Positions 11,201-19,100 of a DNA stretch of 64,000 nt are shown here, piece by piece (the first letter of the stretch is position 1; every line of letters starts with the position of its first letter). The notes beneath the pieces were generated by a model, which was not told the origin of the DNA, searched no databases, and was given only the letters and a program-made list of their open reading frames with translations. The DNA comes from a virus. The translations under genes and the position numbers were made by a program. The stretch is taken from IMG/VR virus record IMGVR_UViG_3300043185_000099, positions 87,956 through 151,955 of that record; one strand, 5' to 3'.

Positions 11201-13132
11201 CGGCACCCCGCCCGGGTTGGTCGAGGCATCCCATGTGGAGATGGCCCCGTTAAGGGCAACGACGAGTACTTCGTTCCCGGTGAGGACGAACTGATCTCGA
11301 ACTCTGGACCACATGCGCGCTTCGCGCGCATACGTCGAGGGCTGGACCCCGGACTGGAGGAAGAACATCGGGCGCCCGTCGAAGCGCTGCAGGTCTGCGC
11401 GCCCCAGGATCACCTCGCTGCCTCCTGCGCCCTTCCGGCGGTCGAGGTAGGCCGTCCCCCTCGGGATCCTGAAACGGAACCTGGGGCGTTCCTCGTCGTC
11501 GTCGAACACGACAATCGAGCGGATCTGGCCGTTGTCTGTGAACAGGACGAGATCCCAGGGTCCGGTCACCTGCCGGACGAGCCCTGAACCGTTCCCCGGA
11601 CGGATGCCCGGATCGGTTGACGTGTTCGGGATTGCCCCGGTCCCGTCCGCCAGGAAGAGGATGCCCGAGGTACCCGGGACGGGCGTCGGAGCGGCGTCGG
11701 GGATGAAGATCTGGTGGTCCTTCCCAGAGACCACCGTCGGTTGTCCTCCGCTGTCCACAAGCTGCACCGGCGCGCGCATGGGCACAGGGCGCTGCGAAAG
11801 GCTGACGCCGTCGTAGAACACCAGGGCCCCGAGAAATCCGACATCGAAATCCGGACTCACCGGATCGGCCCGCGCAAGATCGGCATCGGCGAACTTAAGC
11901 CGTCCTGTGCTCAGAGCCACGCCGACTTGGTGCTCCTGCACAACCAGTGCCGCGAGAGCCTCCTCCGTTTCCACGAGGATCGCCTCAAGAGGCTGTCTCG
12001 ATCCGATTCGGATGAACGGGTACTCCGTGGGCCCAGGAATCGGGGAGATGAACAGGAGTCGGAGGTTGGCATCTTCGAGCTGCCCGAGCGGCTCGATTAC
12101 GTCCTGATCGACGAACCCTCTGTACGAGTAGAAGATCCGCTGACCGGCAGAGACATTGATGAAGGCCGGGTTCCACACAAGCTGACCGCTGGCCTGGCCG
12201 ACGATTCCGGCCAATGTCGGCTCGGCTCCGAAATCGAAGTCCTCGACTTCATCGTCCGTGACAACCTTGATGCCGCCGAATCCCGACCCTCCAACGGGCT
12301 CGGCCACAGGCACAGACGAGGCGTCGGGGCGAGTGCCGATCCGCACCATCGCGTACGAGTCGGGCGCCGTACTGTTGCCGGGCAGGAAGCTCCCGAGCGT
12401 CACATGCGACGGCGACGGGGAGAGGACATAGCTCTCATCGACGAGGAGAACACCGAGGTCTCGTGGAGGCGTCCCTCGGATCGGGCGCCATCGCTGCACT
12501 CTGCCATCCCACTTGAAGCGATTCTCGTAGCGGTCGTTGCGCGACCACCAGAACGCAGGCGGCGAGATCGTGTACTGCGCGGAAGCTCGGTCTCCTCGAG
12601 CACTCGACACCCCGCCACCGAGTTCGGCCAACGTGGCGGGATCCGTGATCGTGAACACGCCGCTGACGGAATTGAATGAACCGTGGCCAACCAACTCGAT
12701 CTCCGCTGCGGTGTCCCCTCGACGAACCACGAGGCTCGTCACCGACGAGATGGTACGATTGGCGTCGTCGATGATAATCGCCCTGTTCGAGCCAGAAGCA
12801 CCGAACGGGTTGTCCTCGTCGACCACGAGGATGCTCCCCTGTGGGAATGTCACGGTGGCGTCGGAAACGATAAACGCGCCGGCGTCCCTCAAGTCGGCCG
12901 TGTTGGCCGCCCACACGAGGTACTCCGTCTGCCCATCGTTGGGTCGCAGGAGAACCGCCGCGCGGTACTGAGCGGCGGAGGTTTCGACGAGGTCGGGAGA
13001 CGGGATCTGGTAGTCGGCGGACAGGGGCTTGAAGTCCCTGTCAACCCCGTTGGACGCCTCGTCGGTCGTGACCGCATTTGACGGAGCCGTCCGGGGGGCC
13101 CGAAGCACGAAGCCTGTGAAGTCGAATCCCAT
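2210..13132 (-). CDS. Giant virion structural protein (3640 aa), probably baseplate wedge/fibre-associated
   Basis: Very long beta-rich ORF downstream of the spike and hub genes. Repeated DYT(V/I)NxxxGxxxF motifs. Function inferred from position only. Confidence 0.7.
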   Translation of the reverse strand: MGFDFTGFVLRAPRTAPSNAVTTDEASNGVDRDFKPLSADYQIPSPDLVETSAAQYRAAVLLRPNDGQTEYLVWAANTADLRDAGAFIVSDATVTFPQGSILVVDEDNPFGASGSNRAIIIDDANRTISSVTSLVVRRGDTAAEIELVGHGSFNSVSGVFTITDPATLAELGGGVSSARGDRASAQYTISPPAFWWSRNDRYENRFKWDGRVQRWRPIRGTPPRDLGVLLVDESYVLSPSPSHVTLGSFLPGNSTAPDSYAMVRIGTRPDASSVPVAEPVGGSGFGGIKVVTDDEVEDFDFGAEPTLAGIVGQASGQLVWNPAFINVSAGQRIFYSYRGFVDQDVIEPLGQLEDANLRLLFISPIPGPTEYPFIRIGSRQPLEAILVETEEALAALVVQEHQVGVALSTGRLKFADADLARADPVSPDFDVGFLGALVFYDGVSLSQRPVPMRAPVQLVDSGGQPTVVSGKDHQIFIPDAAPTPVPGTSGILFLADGTGAIPNTSTDPGIRPGNGSGLVRQVTGPWDLVLFTDNGQIRSIVVFDDDEERPRFRFRIPRGTAYLDRRKGAGGSEVILGRADLQRFDGRPMFFLQSGVQPSTYAREARMWSRVRDQFVLTGNEVLVVALNGAISTWDASTNPGGVPTSVGGTFTAEQIAQSLAAVLAGGTAVAVNGRVALQTASVADQVFYGDIEIGFGPSGTTDLSGPAALGFLPGWRIRIASTQAVDPPPDIVWLSDNGTMVGVFRSPFNLDSSKDDIADVGHIDRFEDAILTPAISQSPVVLLDRPPLEDVAGYDEGIFFRLQDGLVSLLLQNYEEVYYQFGEEKFSWADEHTESQTLLQPTNNLFLGQTLVIPPSFRLPSKGLSISVAGQPLEPQTLDEDFLLPDDGAPGLALLLDTVGGLVQLGGRGTFFQGGTVFSDTSSDVDFVALGVKAGYQIKITQGDAQGTYVVAQDATLPNQIVVRQPFPVSGGPVPWELYDGVTAEQFDSGVIADTQYIQFNHLPEDPFKIRVLSPLGNVPVDQAAQLVTRLVAVLGDAIAHGRQINVRFGRDAGSDAASMVQLQQENLGQILNSALFVPAPTSERFANDNFSIRVGSKTYTFTDGNLVKVPGPVTFPLIGDIIEVQIGDGLLNFGDQVFVQFDAQDVIYVEDFLTPNSSPNELPSGVVEYRLSDGALNFSAPDMAAHGGDEVFLVERMVATGGTDYTVNPIQGSFLFTTPLREFQIVEANYFRAESGTGSLFLEPIDPDDPAKGTQPVEVTEQLPLFVQLDPATPEGTGDVGRWRFNPTGRTLRDDIEPVFYVESTIYNVGSSPVATFDFENSLALLEVPVPDSSVVRVTYAVLEAFGGEQTYTVSQPPVYRPPFRIEANRSSFTLDGDRTGDVTPGKLLRVAQFPFYIVSSTYDTSTAQTRVDFIPETQLEAGSRDPGSDSLSLITDIPLATEIVPDAPDGFWMQIFSPYEPVNRGFQDILFQANLVAIAVPGHLLELGGLPFVIAGSELSDDGTRTRIEITSFFPRGFASGQDIAKISVRPVYPPNPTQFLGRGGIAVERPFELILFGETAGGVELPGRTLRPSIDYTINLDDGNIEFLSPPQGPLLPTQSLYLRHTRQRAIAPVIVNEFVLGPRFDARFVHIEAPSEENGRLGKILRATYTFSSPDTWFYRTLPLLSYLGEVSDQVARDIAAQLPSFGAAPTVVPPLENATQGRLGLKSQLRDLEDTDRAARVFLEFYNETIIPFEQAQETISGNVIGDRDGKFRFFVGRGKDIPPPGYEDEITGELNRRNIFSELFFAYNPATVFLERDPLVDPTALTVTGDDIEGPYIDPDFLGDLQGEQRALVMNDVDDVVLVSRTRKRLQLFPLKLEAFGRYRRMATPSAFSRIFPERAEAFTLTDPGIGADLESVPINPGVYAFRKRIKRLSIKGDGGNFKVEFPKRASTFLKSIGEIGNPVLGQIENIGSISVRPRLPRARIYAYSNVGFPELDQFIVGFPGFAASPRPAVIATPLPLGDFPIGEGGVPDVAQLAAQGGEIIDLSTGDPDLFTPAFFVWTDEPLTLPKVAFGRPDGRIIDAAAGQSLSFEFLDENFTVTKSIFVGEIILGCIITFVDQDGATIPPNGLLEVSEDPAATNPPIELSRGDTIFVTPPDADVTSGNVDDPPTQEQTAAQIQGLPEFRLNFDLRVDRPDGEYRDITFPSYRDPSIFGLKEVLHQRPPLPLSTIEANVSFRSGRTEPVPIPALTGGFTNDSGDYTLPYLYTPNTEIEVLGIVQESFQAIFADSLVPNAVYPDEIQGIDGQILGALGAGPPAAILTDLDATPVATAGVYAPNSGIGDVAPFDILLVETGQAAAGLPPGSQGILSVGFVDGGSGGSVIEPPRFVTPSALPTAAAERIRYRLKTAMSFVNQSVLALPPGMIVRRVGTVTEFDITQISNAILVFNDGTPAALTGGLNDIFSPPFFGGVQDNVVTINIWSAPDLVNPAPVFFQSVVIAFNNGAPTVTGDAGAQAITAISADDEKIYVDTPAPFVTIAPNPGLVPPTLPEDPINPGDTIPLWFTIDLDLTSAVGAGGASTTGFIATDRLTLDEGLDLRTVLPRTEPLVAGVPVASELEVSFVASSTTDACTVNAAAEVNGGLAFTFLDRASAPRIGTFDPLPAGTGRGTLRVMGFEGHANTPILTTSDITFSAVPSSAFPEGSATQIASGTGVTGVAMDRNFRISSDGVTPLAVAVGAFSSVEAGDVCMILGSADATPRAATSAGTYLVKHVIEPNEVTTRERQLTLTTNTLPANTAGWASILFPTLVSADTDGAQAVIISNALLNDATTSAWDATGTIYLIAQPNSAALDYGTANFKVNYSAVDTASGTFTTVFGTEISFDGSIAGAAARAAIDALPEGTLVSGFFRFDVTMDLAPEDILPRNAVGSLVPVGVDVPIGGFSGITVIGPGGPFQYEIALPNLVAGPPGVDEMGIVVATPIANTSFVNNENAYVYDNVTQYIQIDQSLGNTTWDAVHTTPGLIAIMPGDQFVTLGPALVPGFRAQAGVFLEPSWPRPTLNLSGADERVVDAGNSVPLAAIGFRDPTAFGEAADEPVTWEIRRIRRFHNVLSNVGELLGPLRYVYQIRRGTITAFGTKVIGPSATPYPFVVTSTGGTQLGGFDDDLVNVNPGDVFRLLDDDGITVLDEIEIGGIEGPDDIWLKPPGILAVSAADVPGKPFEIYLRQAPVPHEQSNEQLLTMITDQVLLERRANLSTQVGGIVEVEMAPTDPRRVQDTDKTINYDALGIQEGDIVVIDPAGVLSGPLGAVPTTGLERGTRAFGDRSVPNRTLATAGQEVPFIAGGPSQLDDNRGWYRVTTVAKDALTVSSETDYSADPGGGFVTFGTTAEYTVLPTVSASTAPFADPPGGPGLEGQMDLRPTAFAGENGSPSNSFLGNLFSIAPFSYRVIRPSSLFSSEAVDLVLLMRERTLSFLEEFDVFFREDKYGNYFVFQRDQHVADLGNPLIPDEGKGVMSNELIDGVRGLIGISPFANTSDALSVLDRRFWVNDDRLDHEFPPGSPPGTPSYSTLESNADNPAAEEGDGRPVLPDRIDDVLNNNDQFRELRLAWLDFRTNREDGTLVRITRFEDELPKKRRDELRQLRLAQSVKDAGS

Positions 13133-13141
13133 CGATGTAGC

Positions 13142-13726
13142 TCAAAATACCAGGCTGATGCTTGTCCCAACGGCGGGAATGGGAGAGGGAGATCCGGTCA
13201 CGCCGCCGAACCCGTAACCGGTCTGGACCATCTGTGCGATGCCGAGCCCGAGCCCCTGAGCGAGCCTGGCAGCGGTCTGGCCATTGATGCCGGACGCCTG
13301 GAGATTACCGAGGAGGATCGCGATCAACGTACCCGAGTTCGAGAGACTCACCTTCGACACATCACCACCTACCCCAACAGCCGCCGACGTGCCGCTGTAC
13401 TGCGCGGCGGAGTTGAGAACCGAGGAGAGCCCGGCTCCCACCGCAGTGCCGAGACCCGCCGCCGACGGACCGTTGATGCCGGCCTGCTGGAGTCCGGCGA
13501 CAACGAGGGCCGTCCCTCCCGTCACGAACAGCTTGCCGTTCACGGAACCCACCCCGGCGACGCCAACGGTCGCACCTTTCACGAGGACGTTCGTGGGCAG
13601 GGGAATCCAGCTTGGAACGGACTTCCCGACGGCCGACGCGATGCGGGGGAGATTCTGCGAGCCGGGATACACCGCCTGCCCGGCCGAGATGATCGCGCTC
13701 GTGATCGCCGCGCTCACGAGAGCCAT
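13142..13726 (-). CDS. Gly/Ala-rich baseplate protein (194 aa; MALVSAAITSAIISAG...), possibly spike-associated
   Basis: ATG at 13726 overlaps the TGA of the spike gene (TGATG), so it is a better start than the 14047 in the ORF track. Confidence 0.7.
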   Translation of the reverse strand: MALVSAAITSAIISAGQAVYPGSQNLPRIASAVGKSVPSWIPLPTNVLVKGATVGVAGVGSVNGKLFVTGGTALVVAGLQQAGINGPSAAGLGTAVGAGLSSVLNSAAQYSGTSAAVGVGGDVSKVSLSNSGTLIAILLGNLQASGINGQTAARLAQGLGLGIAQMVQTGYGFGGVTGSPSPIPAVGTSISLVF

Positions 13727-16155
13727 CAGATCGACACCCCCAGACGGTGTCCCTGGCTGCCCATTCCGAAGAAGGAGAGGGGAAGATTGGTGAGAGGATC
13801 GATGTCGGCACCGCTCACGATGGCGCCGACCTTCCCGTTGCCTCCGAGCGTCGTCACGCTCCCCGACAGCTTCGTGAATCCGTTCGACTTGAGCGTCAGC
13901 GACGCGAGGGCCTGGACCGTTGTAGCCAACGTCGTTTGGACGAGGAGAGTGCCCGTGGGCACGAGCACCCGGACACCGGACGACGTGTCGACGGTGATCT
14001 GGTTCACGCCGGCCTGGGCCGTGAACGTGCCAACCCCCGTACGCCACGTAATGTTGCCGACGAAGACGGTCGTAGTGTGGTCACCGAAGTCGATTTGCTC
14101 GACTCGGTCACCGAAGATCATGCTGTACTCGTCGGTCGTACCTCCCGCGTGGCCCGTGAGAGGCGTAGCGGTGAACTTCGTCTCCCGCAGAGGCGCATTG
14201 GTGGGGAGAAAATTCTTCGGACCGCAGTAGAGATTGGTCTCACGTCCAAGAACGCTCTTGTCCACTGTATTGCACTGAACGAGAAACTTGTCGGTCAGGA
14301 CATTGGTGCTCTGCTTCGACGAGATGAGCACCTCATTCGTGTCGGTGATCTGGACCGCGTTCGCTCCTGAGAGCTTGGCGATGCGTGCGGCCGTGACGTG
14401 GACGTTGCCGTTGGGACTCTCGATGGCTACGGCCGGAAGCGTACTCTCCTGGAGAGCATCCGTGCCGATCCGGGCCGAGAAACTCCCGCGAGTGGTGGGA
14501 GCGTTCCCGCGGATCAGGACCGCTCCCGTCTCCGTGCCGACCGTCAGCGCGAAGTTGTCCGTCGGGTCTCCATTGCGGAGATTGAAGACCAGGTTAGGAG
14601 CGTTGATGACGACGGGGCCGTTCGCGTCGAGCCGCATGCCACCGTTGAGGGCCATTTCCAGCGAGTCCTGGTTCTGCGGACCACTGATGAATGCCTTGAA
14701 GCGACCATCCTTCGTTGCGCTGATGAACGCGGGAGGGACGCGGGACGGATCCTCAACAGGCGGGATGATCTGGAACAGTGATGCGGCATGCTCACCAATG
14801 GGCGAGCCAATCCCCGAGTCCAGCCGTGGATCGATGCGAGTGCCATCAAAGATCTTGGGTGCGAGCGGTAGTCCGTAAAGCAGTCGACCCTGAACCGTGT
14901 ACGGATCATTCCCTACGACGGACCCGAGAACCCACTGAAGAAAGGGTCCCTGCGCCGCGACCGACGTGTCCTGCACCGAGTCTGCGGGGAGCCGGTCGGC
15001 ATCGAATCCTTCTGTTTGTTCGCTGACGGGGAGAGTGCCGTCCCAGGTGTGATCGAGTTCAATCCTGTATTCGGTGAGTGTGTCCGATTCGGACAACTCC
15101 TCTCCGATGAGTCCGTTCGACGGAAGCGCCGTGTTTTCGGGATTTGGGTCGACGGAGACCCGATAGATGGGTTTCCCTCCGTACTCGGCGTCGGGCACAT
15201 TGCCGGCGGGATTGAGCACGTACCCGTCGTTGCCGATGAACAGTCCCCGAGACAGGAAAGAGTACGGATCGATGTTGTCCTGGACAGAAACCCCGCTATC
15301 AGGGAACGGCACGCTCGGATCCGAGCGCATGAACACAGCATGCGGTGTAAGCGACCCTTGTGGTATCGGAGACGTCCCGAGCGAGGACGGCAGAAGTGGA
15401 TCACCCGAGGAGTCCTGTTGTACCCCAGCCGTCCAGTTGATCCCGTCGCTGAACATGCGGGACGGCAGCCACGCTGCATCTCGCTGGACCATGCCAGCAT
15501 AGACCCGTGCTCCTCCCATCACATGGAACTGCTGCAGTGAGCGAACGACAACGGCTTGGTCCTGGTCCCTCAGACGGATTTCAGTTGACCGACGGTTGGT
15601 GAGAAGCACCCCTTCGTCCAGGACAATGTCAGACCCTTGACTCGACGACAGGAGCACCGACCCCGGTCTCATGGGAGCCAGTTTGAACCGGCGGCGCCCG
15701 TAGATTCCCTCGAAGTGCGAGAGGGTTTTCGGGTTCATGTCGGCTTCGGCCGGCAAGAAGTCTTGGACGGGCAGCCACTCCATGGCTGCCGCGATGTTGG
15801 GAGGAAGCCAAGTCAGGATGATGGGCTGTCGGTTTGCCGATGCCAGCCAACCAACGACACACACGTCGCCAGGCTCCGGCATCGCCCCGATGAAGTACCT
15901 CGAGCCTGCGGCCGCGTACGTCGTCGGAATTGGAGCCCACTGGAAGAGATCCCGCTCACCGGTGATGACTTGAAGGACCACTTGGTGGAGCACGAAGTCC
16001 ACTCGAATGACCTTGGCAACGGACAAGCCGAAAGCGGCCGGTCCAGTGCTGGGGTCCTGCGACTTGACCTTGTGCTCGCCCGAAACATCATGTTGAATCT
16101 GCGTCCGGGGGATGGGCGCTTGGTTGTCGTAAACTGAAGGACGTCGCTCGGGCAC
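13726..16155 (-). CDS. Baseplate central spike, gp5/gpV/VgrG-like (809 aa)
   Basis: N-terminal OB-fold-like segment (AKVIRVDF...GAMPEPGDVCVVGW), C-terminal beta-strand repeats, and position directly after the hub gene. Confidence 0.7.
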   Translation of the reverse strand: MPERRPSVYDNQAPIPRTQIQHDVSGEHKVKSQDPSTGPAAFGLSVAKVIRVDFVLHQVVLQVITGERDLFQWAPIPTTYAAAGSRYFIGAMPEPGDVCVVGWLASANRQPIILTWLPPNIAAAMEWLPVQDFLPAEADMNPKTLSHFEGIYGRRRFKLAPMRPGSVLLSSSQGSDIVLDEGVLLTNRRSTEIRLRDQDQAVVVRSLQQFHVMGGARVYAGMVQRDAAWLPSRMFSDGINWTAGVQQDSSGDPLLPSSLGTSPIPQGSLTPHAVFMRSDPSVPFPDSGVSVQDNIDPYSFLSRGLFIGNDGYVLNPAGNVPDAEYGGKPIYRVSVDPNPENTALPSNGLIGEELSESDTLTEYRIELDHTWDGTLPVSEQTEGFDADRLPADSVQDTSVAAQGPFLQWVLGSVVGNDPYTVQGRLLYGLPLAPKIFDGTRIDPRLDSGIGSPIGEHAASLFQIIPPVEDPSRVPPAFISATKDGRFKAFISGPQNQDSLEMALNGGMRLDANGPVVINAPNLVFNLRNGDPTDNFALTVGTETGAVLIRGNAPTTRGSFSARIGTDALQESTLPAVAIESPNGNVHVTAARIAKLSGANAVQITDTNEVLISSKQSTNVLTDKFLVQCNTVDKSVLGRETNLYCGPKNFLPTNAPLRETKFTATPLTGHAGGTTDEYSMIFGDRVEQIDFGDHTTTVFVGNITWRTGVGTFTAQAGVNQITVDTSSGVRVLVPTGTLLVQTTLATTVQALASLTLKSNGFTKLSGSVTTLGGNGKVGAIVSGADIDPLTNLPLSFFGMGSQGHRLGVSI

Positions 16156-16157
16156 GG

Positions 16158-19100
16158 TTAATTCCCCTTCGGGTTAGCCTTGTTGAACACGTGAGCGTCT
16201 GGAGGCGGCCCTTCCATGATCTGACCTCGATACCGGCGCTGTTGCAACGCGTGCTGCTCTGCCTTCTTGATGATCTCTTCGTGTTGGAAAGCTACCGCCG
16301 GCTGCTCGCGGGGGTCGACCCCTCCGACAGTCACAAAGTCTGATCGAGCGTACGCAGCGAGGACCACATCCGCGTGCGAGCCCCGGCACACACAGGCCTC
16401 GCCAGCCCTCGCCACCAGGTGGGAAGTAAGGTCCGCCAGTCGATACGCTGCGTTGGAGATAGTGGTCTTGAATACCGAGTTGTTCCCGTAGTTAACTGCG
16501 AAGTTCGCGAAGTTTCGAGCGAATTGGGTGTCCACGATATTGAAAGACCCGGCTTCGATCAGGTTGGGATCATCACCGCTGGCCATGAGGAACGCCCGGA
16601 GCGTGTCTCGGTCCAGGTGCTTTGCGACCACCCCAACATCCCGGAAGGCCGTGACATACGGACGGAGCTGGTCGTCCGTAGGGTCCTCGAAAAGGACAAG
16701 ATCGCTCTCATCACTCTGCGCGTTCTCGAGAGGTTGTTGCTTGCGCCTGAGATCCTCTTGGGCCATCTCGACAGCCGCTTCGCGAGCGCCAGCCAGCTGG
16801 ACATTGTTGGATTTCAGTTTCCCGGCGTACTGCAAGGTCAGTACCCGCAGAAACTCCTCAGCGTTCTGTGCCGTGACATTTTTGAAAGGATCCTGGCCGC
16901 TGTGGAGGAACTCAAACGTGCCTCCCGGATCGACCGTAAGCCCGCGCCCATACCGGAAGGACCCATAGTGATGATAGCCCTTGTCGTCGGATACGGGGAA
17001 CGCCGGGGAGTAGGCGGTCTTGGTGATCTTCCCGTCTTTGACGCTTTTCTCCTCCACAGTGTTGGTGATGATCGCATTCACCACCTTGTCGATACCGACC
17101 GCTTTGCTGATGGCCGAGTTGAAGGCATCCTGGATATTTGTCAGCCTTTCGACCTTGCCTGTGCTCGGGTCCAGAGCGGGGCTCTGTATTTGGTAGAACG
17201 CCTTCTGGATGTCCTGAGACACCACCGCCGCGTAAAGACCAGCCAGGCCATCAATCGTTCTTTGAAGAGACCTGCCGTCGTCCTTCTGTGGGCCTTGTGG
17301 CTTGAGGCCGGGAAACTGGGCCGCCTGCCCCAGCGTGAGTACCGACATCATATACGTGTCGGAGGTTCCCAGTTCCGCGGAAATCTGCTCCTGCAACGAC
17401 GCCGGAAGCGTGGAAGCAGAGAAAATGATGGCGTCGTCGAACGCTCTCAACTCGATTTGCGTGGTGCCGACCTGATCCCCATTCTGGTAAACAGGAATCT
17501 CCACCGAGGCCAGGTCCTCTCCCAGCTGATTGTAGACTTGCAGGAACACATCGGAGACCAACTGGCCAGGGTCATCCACATTCTGCGCTGGCTCAGAAAA
17601 GTTCAAGGCAAGTTGTAGAGTTAGATCCTCCTGATTGAATGCTAAGCGTCCTGAGGTCTGGGACACGCCCACCACACTCGTGAACTTCCCCTTTTCGTGC
17701 CGCACGAAGGAGATAGTCTGGATTTGATCCGTCGAGAGAACTGCGGGCGCCTTCTTGGGACCACTCGCGATCCGAAGACCCTTGCTGCAGGTACCTACTC
17801 CAAGCTCGGCCTCTGGAGGCCGTAGCCCTTCCAGCGTGGTCACCGTAGGCATGAACTGGATGACCTGGCGCCCCGCGGGAAGATCGGCCTCTTCCAACAC
17901 GATGCTTGGAGGATCAGCCTGTTCCTCCCCCACAGCCTGCATTTGCGTCGGCACGGCGACGGGCATGGGCTCCTCCCCCCCACCGGGATCAAGACTCCGC
18001 GCAAGATCAGCGATCGCGTCCGCACGACCGTTGGGAATCAACTTTCGCATCCGCTGCGCAGGCATCTGTAGCTGGCAAAATTCGGCGATCTCCGAAGGCG
18101 ATAACTTCTGCTGGCATAGCTTCTGGTAGTACCGAGCCCGTCGAGCGACATAGCTCCCTCCGTCTGGAACAACCTTACCGTTTTTCATTATGGTAGGCCA
18201 TGCTTCAGTCTTGAGTGTACAACCATCGAGCAAATTGTTGACATCTTCCACGGTGACCGGTTTGATGTCGTCGTTCTGAATCGCTCCACGGAAATTGGAT
18301 GCTCCCCAACCAACGAGGAGTCTGGCATTCATGTATGTCTGTTGGTCCGGCGGCAGCGAACGCCAGATCGAAGAGTTAGTGGCTGACGCCATGTTTTCCA
18401 GGGCGCAAGCAGTTGTCGTTCCCGGGTCAAACAGCGCCTGCCTAGGATCAATGTTGTGGTAAGCACTGTCAGGGTGAGAGAAGGCCGTCATCGCTGTCGT
18501 GGAAAGGAAGCCAAACCATCCGGACGCTCCACAGCCGTTTGGCAACCACGCTTCCTCATCTGACACGTAGGGATTCGCGGCCCACGTGCGTTGGAACTTC
18601 TCGTGTGCTGCTAGAGCCGCCTTCTTGCTCTTGTAGCGGCCGCCTGGTTGCCCGGTGACCCGAGCACGAACTGTCCGGACGGTGAACTGCGCCTCGGCGG
18701 TGCAGTTTTGGGCGGTCGGGTTGAACCCACTCTCGTTCTGCGCCCACACTCTCAAAACTCGCGCAAGGCCCGGGAGATCGAGCTGTTTCTCTAGCCCGTT
18801 GAAGATGGCCAAAGCTCTCGCTTTGTTGGCCTTCCTGTTCGACGCTTTTTGTGGAGCTGGCGTGGGGGGCTTAGTCTGCGGGGGCGTAGGTTTACGCCGA
18901 GGTTGGCGCTGGCCATCATCCCATTTGATCGACGCCATCCCCTGCATGATCGGGTTCGGATGCGCACACGAAAAATACCGGTAGTACCCGGGAATGGAAG
19001 AGGCAACGAACTGATCCTTGAGGTGGGCAAGAGACTCAAACCAAGCGAGGGTCAGATCGGAGCCGGGGATACCGTTGATCTTCCGGCGAATCGGGTTGTT

